Positions 49,612-61,900 of a stretch of DNA of 64,000 bases are shown here, piece by piece. Each line of letters starts with the position of its first letter. Position 1 is the stretch's first letter. The DNA comes from Balanoglossus misakiensis. Taxonomy: Eukaryota > Animalia > Hemichordata. Location of the stretch: NCBI GenBank assembly GCA_040954595.2, contig CM082586.2, positions 11,377,337 to 11,441,336 on the forward strand. The letters are read 5' to 3'. The position numbers were made by a program, and so were the translations under genes. The notes beneath the pieces were generated by a model. The model was not told where the DNA came from. It saw only the letters and a list, made by a program, of their open reading frames with translations, and made no database searches.

Positions 49612-52600
49612 TAGTCCGTGGGCTGAAGGGGTCCACCAGGCACCCCCCCCCCCCCCCATAAACCTACCACTTGGGTATTTTTTGTTCTTTAGAACGTGCT
49701 GAACAAGAAAAAAGATGTTAACATTGAATATTTTGGGTTGCACTACCCCTCCGGGGTGGTTTTTGAATGGTATGTGCCGCGAAAAATGGGTTGGGGTAGG
49801 GGGTACTATATTCTCTCCTAAAAAAATAAAACTACCATGAAATTACATAAACCTCATATTTTTAGAAAGCTTAGATACTGGTCTTTCCCGAAACCCAACA
49901 TTCACATGAAAAATTGGCGCCGTATTACATTGCTAAACACGGATGATAAGATTGCATCTGGTGTTATAGCAAACCGTATGAAACGGTTCTTGCCAAAAAT
50001 TATTCACCCTGACTAGAAAGTTTTTTTGAGGAAAGGAAGGTATATTGGTGAAAATACACGTTTGATTGATGATGTATTGTTAACTTCAAAGATAGACAAG
50101 GTTTTCTTGTACTTCTAGACTTTGAAATGGCGTTTGACACGCTTTCTTGGGAATTTATCGATAAAGCATTGAGAAAGTTTAATTTTTATCCCTCTTTCAG
50201 AAAATGGGTCAAAGTGTTTTATAAAAACACCACTAGTTGTGTTATAAATAACGGAAACTTTCCTGATTTTTCCCCTCGAGAGAGGTGTTAGACAAGGTGA
50301 TCCTCTATCACCGTACCTGTTTATCACCTGTGTTGAAAAACTTGCGCATGAAATCAGAGCCCATAGTAATATAGAAGGAATTACACTTAGAGATAAAAAA
50401 AAAATTACTGGGGCAATACGCAGATGATATTTTTGTATATTTAGATGGTTCTGAAAGTTCTCTGACAAATCTGTTTGCTACCTTGGGTTTCTTTACTTTT
50501 CTGTCGGGTTTGCGAATTAACTACCAAAAAACTAAATTGGTTTGGTTTGGCGCTAAATGCCATTCACATGATATTTTGTTGCCAAACAAGAACTTATTAT
50601 GGGTTGATGAACCGTTAACAGTTCTTGGTATTAACCTGAACGTTGATCTTGTTGGGCTCGATATGTTAAATTTTACACCAAAAGTAAGGGAAGTGTCCAC
50701 ACTGCTTACTAAGTGGTCATGGCGACCTGTGACCTTATTTGGCAAGATTACAATAGCTAAAACACTTGCTTTGTCAAAGTTTATTCATATTTTCTCATCC
50801 TTACCTCCCATGTCAGATAATCAAATATGTACACTTATTAGAGTTTTATCGGAATTCAAAACCCGATAAAGTCAATAGATTAAGATTATGTTGTAATTGT
50901 GATGAGTGGGGTTTGCGAATGACCCATCTTCCCTCATTCGTTCAAGCAGTGCATGCTTCGTGGATTAACAGATTAATGTCCAATCAATATTCTCAGTGGA
51001 TAGAAATGTTTAAACTGTGGGTATATCCCCTGCTATCTTACCCACTTCACCCCCGCTCAGGTCGTGGAGTTTGCCAGAAACAGATTTTCACGTCATAGCT
51101 TCTGGTACTCAGTACTACTATGTTGGTCAAACCCCCCCCCCGACCCTATTAATAACATAAAAAAGTGTATATGGTTCAACCAGAGCTGAAAGTTAACAAC
51201 GCTACCATATTTTATAAAAACTGGTATGATAATGTTGTAATGTATATTTCGGATTTATTAGATTTTTCCGGTTCCATTTTATCTTTCCAAGATTTTAGTA
51301 ACAGACATAATTTTTCACCAAACTTCATATGGGTTTAATCAACGCTATTCCAAGATCACGGTTCAGAAAGATTCAGCAACAAGGCTCTGTAAATAATGAC
51401 CACCCAAACATGTTTTACACAAATAGATCCTGAAAAAAACCTACTCTATTTTACTTATAATAAGTTATTTTTGAAGAATAATCTTAAACCGATGAGATGT
51501 ACGCAAAAATGGAAAGACCTCTTCGGGAATTTTGATTCGCAATTACACTATGATTTACCATTTATTGTAACAAAGGATTCTACTTTGCGTAATTTTCAAT
51601 TCAGAACTGCTAGTAGAATCTGTACTACAAATACATTTTTAAAGATAAGGGGGAAAATGCGATTCTGTGAAATGCACCTTCTGTGAAAATTATGAGGAAA
51701 TCCTTATACATTTATTTTTCGAATGCGACTGTATTTTGTCTTTTTGGAAGGATGTAGAGTTGCAATTACAGACAAAGTGTAATATTGCCATTGAGCTGTC
51801 CCCTTTTGATGTTTTGGTGGGTATAAAATAGAATTTTCAAAGTAACCACACAAACGGTGAGTGGTTAGCCCTGAATTACTTTATATTACTTTCAAAGAAT
51901 GTTATCTTTAAATATAAATTTAAGCCAGTATTGCCAAACCTTCGCACATTTTTATCTTACCTCAATAATATACAAAAAATTGATACTTACCAAGCAAAGG
52001 CGATGGAGAATCACACACACTACAGGTACTGGAATATTTTCAAAAACTTCTGTACTTGAACATTTTGTTTTCTTTTGAGATGTAGAGATGTTTTGTCTAG
52101 TTTATGACAATAAAAAAAATAATCCAAACCTAAAAAGTTGTCAAAAATTTGCTTCACAAAAAGAAAAATCACAATAGTTGCTTTGTCTTTGGGGTGAATA
52201 TTTTCAAAATTGCCGAAGAAAATAATTTAAAAATCATATAATTAAATAATCAAAAATTAATTTTACTCCCCGTAAAGAGCAGTGTCTAAGCTTTCTAAAA
52301 ATATAAGGTTTATGTACTTTGAAGTTAACTTTATTGTTGTAGGAGAGGATATAGTACCCCCTACCCCAAGACCATGCGTAATCCCATAGGATACATGCAT
52401 TTCAAAGTTGTCTCTAAAGAAGTATTGTATTGTTATATAACTAATGTTAACATTTGTTTTCTTGTTTAATAAATAGAAGTCAATAATCCAAACCCCCAAA
52501 AGATGTCAAAAATTTGCTTCACAAAAAGAAAATCACAATTGTTGCGTTGTCTTTGGGGTGAATATTTTCAAAATTGCCGAAAAAATTAATTTAAAAATCA

Positions 52601-52931
52601 TCTAATTAAATATTCATAAATATTGTTTAATAAAGTTTGTGCTTCCCGTAAAGAGCAGTATCTAAGCTTTCTAAAAATATAAGGTTTATGTAATTTCATG
52701 GTAGTTTTATTTTTTAGGAGAGAATATAGTACCCCCTACCCCAACCCATTTTTCGCCATTTTGAGCGGCACATACCATTTAAAAACCACCCCGGAGGGGT
52801 AGTGCAACCCAAAATATTCAATGTTAACATCTTTTTTTCTTGTTCAGCACGTTCTAAAGAACAAAAAAATACCCAAGTGGTAGGTTTATGGGGGGGGGGG
52901 TGCTCGGTGGACCCCTCCAGCCCACGGACTA
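49612..52931. mobile_element. Non-autonomous DNA transposon with ~275-bp TIRs, TAG..CTA ends and 3-bp TSD TCT (Academ-like by termini)
   Basis: TAGTCCGTGGGCT.. / ..AGCCCACGGACTA; TCT at 49609-49611 and 52932-52934; 49612-49886 is the reverse complement of ~52650-52931; superfamily is inferred from ends only. Confidence 0.8.
49887..52120 (+). pseudogene. 5'-truncated, degenerate L1/Tx1-clade ORF2 (RT and C-terminal Cys/His motif)
   Basis: PKPN..KNWRRITLLNTD, LDFEMAFD, RGVRQGDPLSPYLF, QYADD, SGLRINYQKT, CTFC...HLFFEC; many stops and frameshifts; aataaaaaaa at ~52109. Confidence 0.88.
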
Positions 52932-55900
52932 TCTGCATTTTTGGAGTGGTCGAAAGTTTTAACATACAATCAACATGTCATATATGATCAGGGCACCAAA
53001 TTCGAAGAACAAACGTTTTTTTAGTTTTTTTTTCTAAAAATGACATTTTCAAGGAAAATTTGGTAAAACGCAATTTTGTCAGCAGTGAGCCAAATTAGAC
53101 GGTCTTTTGTGGAATTTGTATCGATATATACATACGAAGAGCATTCTATACTCCATCAGATTTCCGAAAATGTAGAAAACAGGTATTTTTTGTAATTTTC
53201 AAAAATTTACCATTTCGACCTAATTGTTATTTTCGTGTTGAATGCCGCCAGTGTCACTGCTTTTAAAAGTCATAAAAACTTTTAACATACAAGCAATTCT
53301 TTATATATGATCAGGTCACCGAATTAAAAAAATAAAGAATGTTTTGCCTAAAAATGACCTTTTTGGTGTAAAAACGAATAAAACGCAATTTTGTATTAAA
53401 TCAGCTCATTCAGAGTGCATTTTTTATAATCAGCACCAATTTTACATATAATGGAAATTTCATACATCATCAGATATCCAAATATGAAAAAATTATTTAG
53501 ATTTTAGATGATTGTCCAAAATTAGCTGATATCTAATAAATGTAGTAATGAACTGTTCCGTTTCCCCCCCCCCCCTCCCTTACATTATATGCGGTACACC
53601 GATTTCAGCTTACCCGGCAGTACTGCAGGCCGTGCCCCCAACTAACGTCGGTGTTTGAAACGCCCTGGTTAAATTCTGGCTTTCTCTATAAATTGACAGG
53701 CAATAATGCAGTCCTACCCGAACAAATGTCGAGTGTTGACCCGCTGTGACTTTCCCTCTTCGGTTTGCCCGACTTAGCCATCGTCTTTGTACTAGAGTGT
53801 CCGGTCTTTTGCAGAGCCAGGCCGAAGGAAATCCGACTTGATCACCGTTGCTAACGAACGCTAGTGTCTGTCATGGTGTGCCGGGGTTTTAGTCGAGCCA
53901 GGCGTAGGAGATCTGACTTGATCATCGTGGTCAATGTACGCGTGTTTCCGCTCTAAAGTGCCGGGGCTTCAGCTAAACCAGGCCGTAGGAAATCCGACGT
54001 AATCACCGTTGATAACTTACGCCAGTCTGTGTCATATAGAGCCGGTGCACCAGCTGAGTCACGTCGTAGGAAATCTGACTTGATCAACGTGGTCAATGTA
54101 CGCCTGTTTCTGCTCTAGAGTGCCGGGGCTTCAGCTGAGCCAGGCCGTAGGAAACCCGACGTGATTACCGTTGTTAACCTACGCCAGTCTGTGTCCTATA
54201 TATAGTGCCGGGGCATCAGCCGTGCCAGGCCGAAGGAAATGTGAGTAGATCAACGTGGTCTCTGTACGCGTGTTTCTGCTCTAGAGTGCCAGGGCTTTAG
54301 CCAAGCCATGCCGTAGGAAATCTGACTTGATCAACGTTGCTAACGAACGCTAGTGTCTGTCATAGTGTGCCGGGGTTTTAGTCGAGCAAAGCCGTAGGAG
54401 ATCAGACTTGATCAACGTGGTCTCTGTAGGCGTGTTTCTGCTCTAGAGTGCCGGGGCTTTATCCAAGCCATGCCGTAGAAAATCTGACTTGATCACCGTT
54501 GCTAACGTACGCTAGTGTCTGTCATATTGTGACGGAGATTTAGCCGAGCCAGGCCGTAGAAAAATCGACTTGTTCAACGTTACCAGTGTGCAACTGTTTC
54601 TGCTCTAGAGTGTCAGGGTTTTAGCCGACTTATGCTGTAGGAAATCTGAGTTGATGAACGGGAATTCAATGTTAGAAAACCCGTGTGGAAAGTATCTCTA
54701 CCCGCTTGAAACTAAGAAAAGAATTTATTCTTAGTTATTTTGTAAAAAAGACAATTTTTCGGAAAAAAAAGTCGAAAATGGTAATTTTGTCTTGGGTGAT
54801 TCAAATTATACCGCCTTTTCTGGAATTTGCAGCACTTTTTACAAGAGAACGACACTTCATGCTCCATAATATTTCCGAAAATGAAGAAAAGAGTTAATTT
54901 GTTATGATTTTTTAAAAATTTACCATTTTTGTCAAAATATGGCCAAAAATGGCTATTTTTTCTTGAATTCCGTCAATATCTCTGCATTTTTGGAGTGGTC
55001 GAAAGTTTTAACATACAATCAACATGTCATATATGATCAGGGCACCAAATTCGAAGAACAAAGGTTTTTTTATTTGTTTTTCTAAAAATGACATTTTCAA
55101 GGAAAATTTGGTAAAACGCAATTTTGTCTGCAGTGAGCCAAATTAGACGGTCTTTTGTGGAATTTGTATCGATATATACATACGAAGAGCATTCTATACT
55201 CCATCAGATTTCCGAAAATGTAGAAAACAGGTTTTTTTGTAATTTTCAAAAATTTACCATTTTGACCAAATTGTGGCTAAAATTGTTATTTTCGTGTTGA
55301 ATGCCGCCAGTGTCACAGCTTTTAAAAGTCATAAAAACTTTTAACATACAAGCAATTGTTTATATATGATCAGGTCAACGAATTAAAAAAATAAAGAATG
55401 TTTTGCCTAAAAATGACCTTTTTGGTGTAAAAACGAATAAAACGCAATTTTTTATTAAATCAGCTCATTCAGAGTGCATTTTTATAATCAGCACCATTTT
55501 TACGTATAATGGAAATTTCATACATCATCAGATATCCAAATATGAAAAAATGAATTAGATATATTTAAGATGATTATCCAAAATTAGCTGATATCTGATA
55601 AATGTAGTATTGAACCGTTCTGTTTCCCCCCCCCCCTACATTACATGCGGTACGCCGATGTCAGCTTACCCGGCAGTACTGCAGGCCGTGCCCCCAACTA
55701 ACGTCGGTGTTTGAAACGCCCTGGTTAAATTCGAGCTTTCTCTATAAATTGACAGGCAATAATGCAGTCCTACCCGAACAAATGTCGAGTGTTGACCCGC
55801 TGTGACTTTCCCTCTTCGGTTTGCCCGACTTAGCCAACGTCTTTGTACTAATGTGTCGGGTCTTTTGCAGAGCCAGGCCGAAGGAAATCCAACTTGATCA

Positions 55901-58900
55901 CCGTTGCTAACGAACGCTAGTGTCTGTCATGGTGTGCCGGGGTTTTAGTCGAGCCAGGCCGTAGGAGATCTGACTTGATCATCGTGGTCAATGTACGCGT
56001 GTTTTCGCTCTAAAGTGCCGGGGCTTCAGCTAAACCAGGCCGTAGGAAATCCGACGTAATCACCGTTGATAACTTATGCCAGTCTGTGTCATATAGAGCC
56101 GGTGCACCAGCCGAGTCACGCCGTAGGAAATCTTACTTGATCAACGTGGTCAATGTTAGCCTGTTTCTGCTCTAGAGTGCCGGGGCTTCAGCTGAGCCAG
56201 GCCGTAGGAAACCCGACGTGATTACCGTTGTTAACTTACGCCAGTCTGTGTCCTATATATAGTGCCGGGGCATCAGCCGTGCCAGGCCGAAGGAAATGTG
56301 AGTAGATCAACGTGGTCTCTGTACGCGTGTTTCTGCTCTAGAGTGCTAGGGCTTTAGCCAAGCCATGCCGTAGGAAATCTGACTTGATCACCGTTGCTAA
56401 CGAACGCTAGTGTCTGTCATGGTGTTCCGGGGTTTTAGTCGAGCCAGGCCGTAGGAGATCTGACTTGATCAACGTGGTCTCTGTACGCGTGTTTCTGCTC
56501 TAGAGTGCCGGGGCTTTATCCAAGCCATGCCGTAGAAAATCTGACTTGATCACCGTTGCTAACGTACGCTAGTGTCTGTCATATTGTGACGGAGATTTAG
56601 CCGAGCCAGGCCGTAGAAAAATTGACTTGTTCAACGTTACCAGTGTGCAACTGTTTCTGCTCTAGAGTGTCAGGGTTTTAGCCGACTTATGCTGTAGGAA
56701 ATCTGAGTTGATGAACGGGAATTCAATGTTAGAAAACCTGTGTGGAAAGTATCTCTACCCGTTTGAAACTAAGAAAATAATTTATTCTTATTTATTTTGT
56801 AAAAAAGACAATTTTTCGAAAAAAGTCGAAAATGGTAATTTTGTCTTGGGTGATTCAAATTATACCGCCTTTTCTGGAATTTGCAGCACTTTTTACAAGA
56901 GAACGACAATTCATGCTCCATAATATTTCCGAAAATGAAGAAAAGAGTTAATTGTTTATGATTTCTCTAAAATTTACCATTTTTGTCAAAATATGGCCAA
57001 AATGGCTATTTTTTCTTGAATTCCGTCAATATCTCTGCATTTTTGGAGTGGTCGAAAGTTTTAACATACAATCAACATGTCATATATGATTAGGGCACCA
57101 AATTCGAAGAACAAAGGTTTTTTTATTTTTTTTCTAAAAATGACATTTTTAAGGAAAATTGAGTAAAACGCAATTTTGTCTGCAGTGAGCCAAATTAGAC
57201 GGTCTTTTGTGGAATTTGTATCGATATATACATACGAAGAGCATTCTATACTCCATCAGATTTCCGAAAATGTAGAAAACAGGTATTTTTTGTAATTTTC
57301 AAAAATTTACCATTTTGACCAAATTGTGGCTAAAATTGTTATTTTCGTGTTGAATGCCGCCAGTGTCACTGCTTTTAAAAGTCATAAAAACTTTTAACAT
57401 ACAAGCAATTGTTTATATATGATCAGGTCACCGAATTAAAAAAAATAAAGAATGTTTTGCCTAAAAATGACCTTTTTGGTGCAAAAACGAATAAAACGCA
57501 ATTTTTTATTAAATCAGCTCATTCAGAGTGCATTTTTATAATCAGCACCATTTTTACGTATAATGGAAATTTCATACATCATCAGATATCCAAATATGAA
57601 AAAATGAATTAGATATATTTAAGATGATTATCCAAAATTAGCTGATATCTGATAAATGTAGTATTGAACCGTTCTGTTTCCCCCCCCCCCCCCTACATTA
57701 CATGCGGTACGCCGATGTCAGCTTACCCGGCAGTACTGCAGGCCGTGCCCCCAACTAACGTCGGTGTTTGAAACGCCCTGGTTAAATTCGGGCTTTCTCT
57801 ATAAATTGACAGGCAATAATGCAGTCCTACCGGAACAAATGTCGAGTGTTGACCCGCTGTGACTTTCCCTCTTCGGTTTGCCCGACTTAGCCAACGTCTT
57901 TGTACTAGAGTGTCGGGTCTTTTGGAGAGCCAGGCCGAGGGAAATCCGACTTGATCACCGTTGCTAACGAACGCTAGTGTCTGTCATGGTGTGCCGGGGT
58001 TTTAGTCGAGCCAGGCCGTAGGAAATCCGACGTAATCACCGTTGATAACTTACGCCAGTCTGTGTCATATAGAGCCGGTGCACCAGCCGAGTCACGCCGT
58101 AGGAAATCTTACTTGATCAACGTGGTCAATGTACGCCTGTTTCTGCTCTAGAGTGCCGGGGCTTCAGCTGAGCCAGGCCGTAGGAAACCCGACGTGATTA
58201 CCGTTGTTAACTTACGCCAGTTTGTGTCTTATATATAGTGCCGGGGCATCAGCCGTGCCAGGCCGAAGGAAATGTGAGTAGATCAACGTGGTCTCTGTAC
58301 GCGTGTTTCTGCTCTAGAGTGCCAGGGCTTTAGCCAAGCCATGCCGTAGGAAATCTGACTTGGTCACCGTTGCTAACGAACGCTAGTGTCTGTCATAGTG
58401 TGCCGGGGTTTTAGTCGAGCCAAGCCGTAGGAGATCAGACTTGATCAACGTGGTCTCTGTACGCGTGTTTCTGCTCTAGAGTGCCGGGGCTTTATCCAAC
58501 CCATGCCGTAGAAAATCTGACTTGATCACCGTTGCTAACGTACGCTAGTGTCTGTCATATTGTGACGGAGATTTAGCCGAGCCAGGCCGTAGAAAAATCG
58601 ACTTGTTCAACGTTACCAGTGTGCAACTGTTTCTGTTCTAGAGTGTCAGGGTTTTAGCCGACTTGTAGGAAATCTGAGTTGATGAACGGGAATTCAATGT
58701 TAGAAAACCCGTGTGGAAAGTATCTCTACCCGTTTGGAACTAAGAAAAGAATTTATTCTTATTTATTTTGTAAAAAAAGACAATTTTTCGAAAAAAAAGT
58801 CGAAAAATGGTAATTTTGTCTTGGGTGATTCAAATTATACCGCCTTTTCTGGAATTTGCAGCACTTTTTACAAGAGAACGACACTTCATGCTCCATAATA

Positions 58901-61900
58901 TTTCCGAAAATGAAGAAAAGAGTTAATTTTTTATGATTTTTCAAAAATGTACCATTTTTATCAAAATATGGCCAAAATGGCTATTTTTTCTTGAATACCG
59001 TCAATATCTCTGCATTTTTGGAGTGGTCGAAAGTTTTAACATACAATCAACATGTTATATATGATCAGGCACTAAATTCGAAGAACAAAGGTTTTTTATT
59101 TGTTTTTCTAAAATGACATTTTCAAGGAAAATTGGTAAAACGCAATTTTGTCTGCAGTGATCCAAATTAGACGGTCTTTTGTGGAATTTGTATCGATATA
59201 TACATACGAAGAGCATTCTATACTCCATCAGATTTCCGAAAGTGTAGAAAACAGGTATGTTTTGTAATTTTCAAAAATTTACCATTTTGACCAAATTGTG
59301 GCTAAAATTGTTATTTTCGTGTTGAATGCCGCCAGTGTCACTGCTTTTAAAAGTCATAAAAACTTTTAACATACAAGCAATTGTTTATATATGATCAGGT
59401 CACCGAATTAAAAAAATAAAGAATGTTTGACTAAAAATGACCTTTTTGGTGCAAAAACGAATAAAACGCAATTTTGTATTAAATCAGCTCATTCAGACTG
59501 CATTTTTATAATCAGCACCATTTTTACATATAATGGAAATTTCATACATCATCAGATATCCAAATATGAAAAGATGATTTACATTTTAGATGATTGTCCA
59601 AAATTAGCTGATATCTGATAAATGTAGTATTGAACCGTTCTGTTTCCCCCCCCCCCCCCCTACATTACATGCGGTACGCCGATGTCAGCTTACCCGGCAG
59701 TACTGCAGGCCGTGCCCCCAACTAACGTCGGTGTTTGAAACGCCCTGGTTAAATTCGGGCTTTCTCTATAAATTGACAGGCAATAATGCAGTCCTACCGG
59801 AACAAATGTCGAGTGTTGACCCGCTGTGACTTTCCCTCTTCGGTTTGCCCGACTTAGCCAACGTCTTTGTACTAGAGTGTCGGGTCTTTTGGAGAGCCAG
59901 GCCGAGGGAAATCCGACTTGATCACCGTTGCTAACGAACGCTAGTGTCTGTCATGGTGTGCCGGGGTTTTAGTCGAGCCAGGCCGTAGGAAATCCGACGT
60001 AATCACCGTTGATAACTTACGCCAGTCTGTGTCATATAGAGCCGGTGCACCAGCCGAGTCACGCCGTAGGAAATCTTACTTGATCAACGTGGTCAATGTA
60101 CGCCTGTTTCTGCTCTAGAGTGCCGGGGCTTCAGCTGAGCCAGGCCGTAGGAAACCCGACGTGATTACCGTTGTTAACTTACGCCAGTTTGTGTCCTATA
60201 TATAGTGCCGGGGCATCAGCCGTGCCAGGCCGAAGGAAATGTGAGTAGATCAACGTGGTCTCTGTACGCGTGTTTCTGCTCTAGAGTGCCAGGGCTTTAG
60301 CCAAGCCATGCCGTAGGAAATCTGACTTGGTCACCGTTGCTAACGAACGCTAGTGTCTGTCATAGTGTGCCGGGGTTTTAGTCGAGCCAAGCCGTAGGAG
60401 ATCAGACTTGATCAACGTGGTCTCTGTACGCGTGTTTCTGCTCTAGAGTGCCGGGGCTTTATCCAACCCATGCCGTAGAAAATCTGACTTGATCACCGTT
60501 GCTAACGTACGCTAGTGTCTGTCATATTGTGACGGAGATTTAGCCGAGCCAGGCCGTAGAAAAATCGACTTGTTCAACGTTACCAGTGTGCAACTGTTTC
60601 TGTTCTAGAGTGTCAGGGTTTTAGCCGACTTGTAGGAAATCTGAGTTGATGAACGGGAATTCAATGTTAGAAAACCCGTGTGGAAAGTATCTCTACCCGT
60701 TTGGAACTAAGAAAAGAATTTATTCTTATTTATTTTGTAAAAAAAGACAATTTTTCGAAAAAAAAGTCGAAAAATGGTAATTTTGTCTTGGGTGATTCAA
60801 ATTATACCGCCTTTTCTGGAATTTGCAGCACTTTTTACAAGAGAACGACACTTCATGCTCCATAATATTTCCGAAAATGAAGAAAAGAGTTAATTTTTTA
60901 TGATTTTTCAAAAATGTACCATTTTTATCAAAATATGGCCAAAATGGCTATTTTTTCTTGAATACCGTCAATATCTCTGCATTTTTGGAGTGGTCGAAAG
61001 TTTTAACATACAATCAACATGTTATATATGATCAGGCACTAAATTCGAAGAACAAAGGTTTTTTATTTGTTTTTCTAAAATGACATTTTCAAGGAAAATT
61101 GGTAAAACGCAATTTTGTCTGCAGTGATCCAAATTAGACGGTCTTTTGTGGAATTTGTATCGATATATACATACGAAGAGCATTCTATACTCCATCAGAT
61201 TTCCGAAAGTGTAGAAAACAGGTATGTTTTGTAATTTTCAAAAATTTACCATTTTGACCAAATTGTGGCTAAAATTGTTATTTTCGTGTTGAATGCCGCC
61301 AGTGTCACTGCTTTTAAAAGTCATAAAAACTTTTAACATACAAGCAATTGTTTATATATGATCAGGTCACCGAATTAAAAAAATAAAGAATGTTTGACTA
61401 AAAATGACCTTTTTGGTGCAAAAACGAATAAAACGCAATTTTGTATTAAATCAGCTCATTCAGACTGCATTTTTATAATCAGCACCATTTTTACATATAA
61501 TGGAAATTTCATACATCATCAGATATCCAAATATGAAAAGATGATTTACATTTTAGATGATTGTCCAAAATTAGCTGATATCTAATAAATGTAGTATTGA
61601 ACCGTTCTGTTCCCCCCCCCCCCTTACATTATATGCGGTACGCCGATGTCAGCTTACCCGGCAGTACTGTAGGCCGTGCCCCCAACAAACGTCGGTGTTT
61701 GAAACGCCCTGGTTAAATTCGGGCTCTCTCTATAAATCGACAGGCAATAATGCAGTCCTACCGGAACAAATGTCAAGTGTTGAACCGCTGTGACTTTCTC
61801 TGTTCGGTTTGCCCGACTTAGCCAACGTCTTTGTACTAGAGTGTCGGGTCTTTTGCAGAGCCAGGCCGAAGGAAATTCAACTTGATCACCGTTGCTAACG

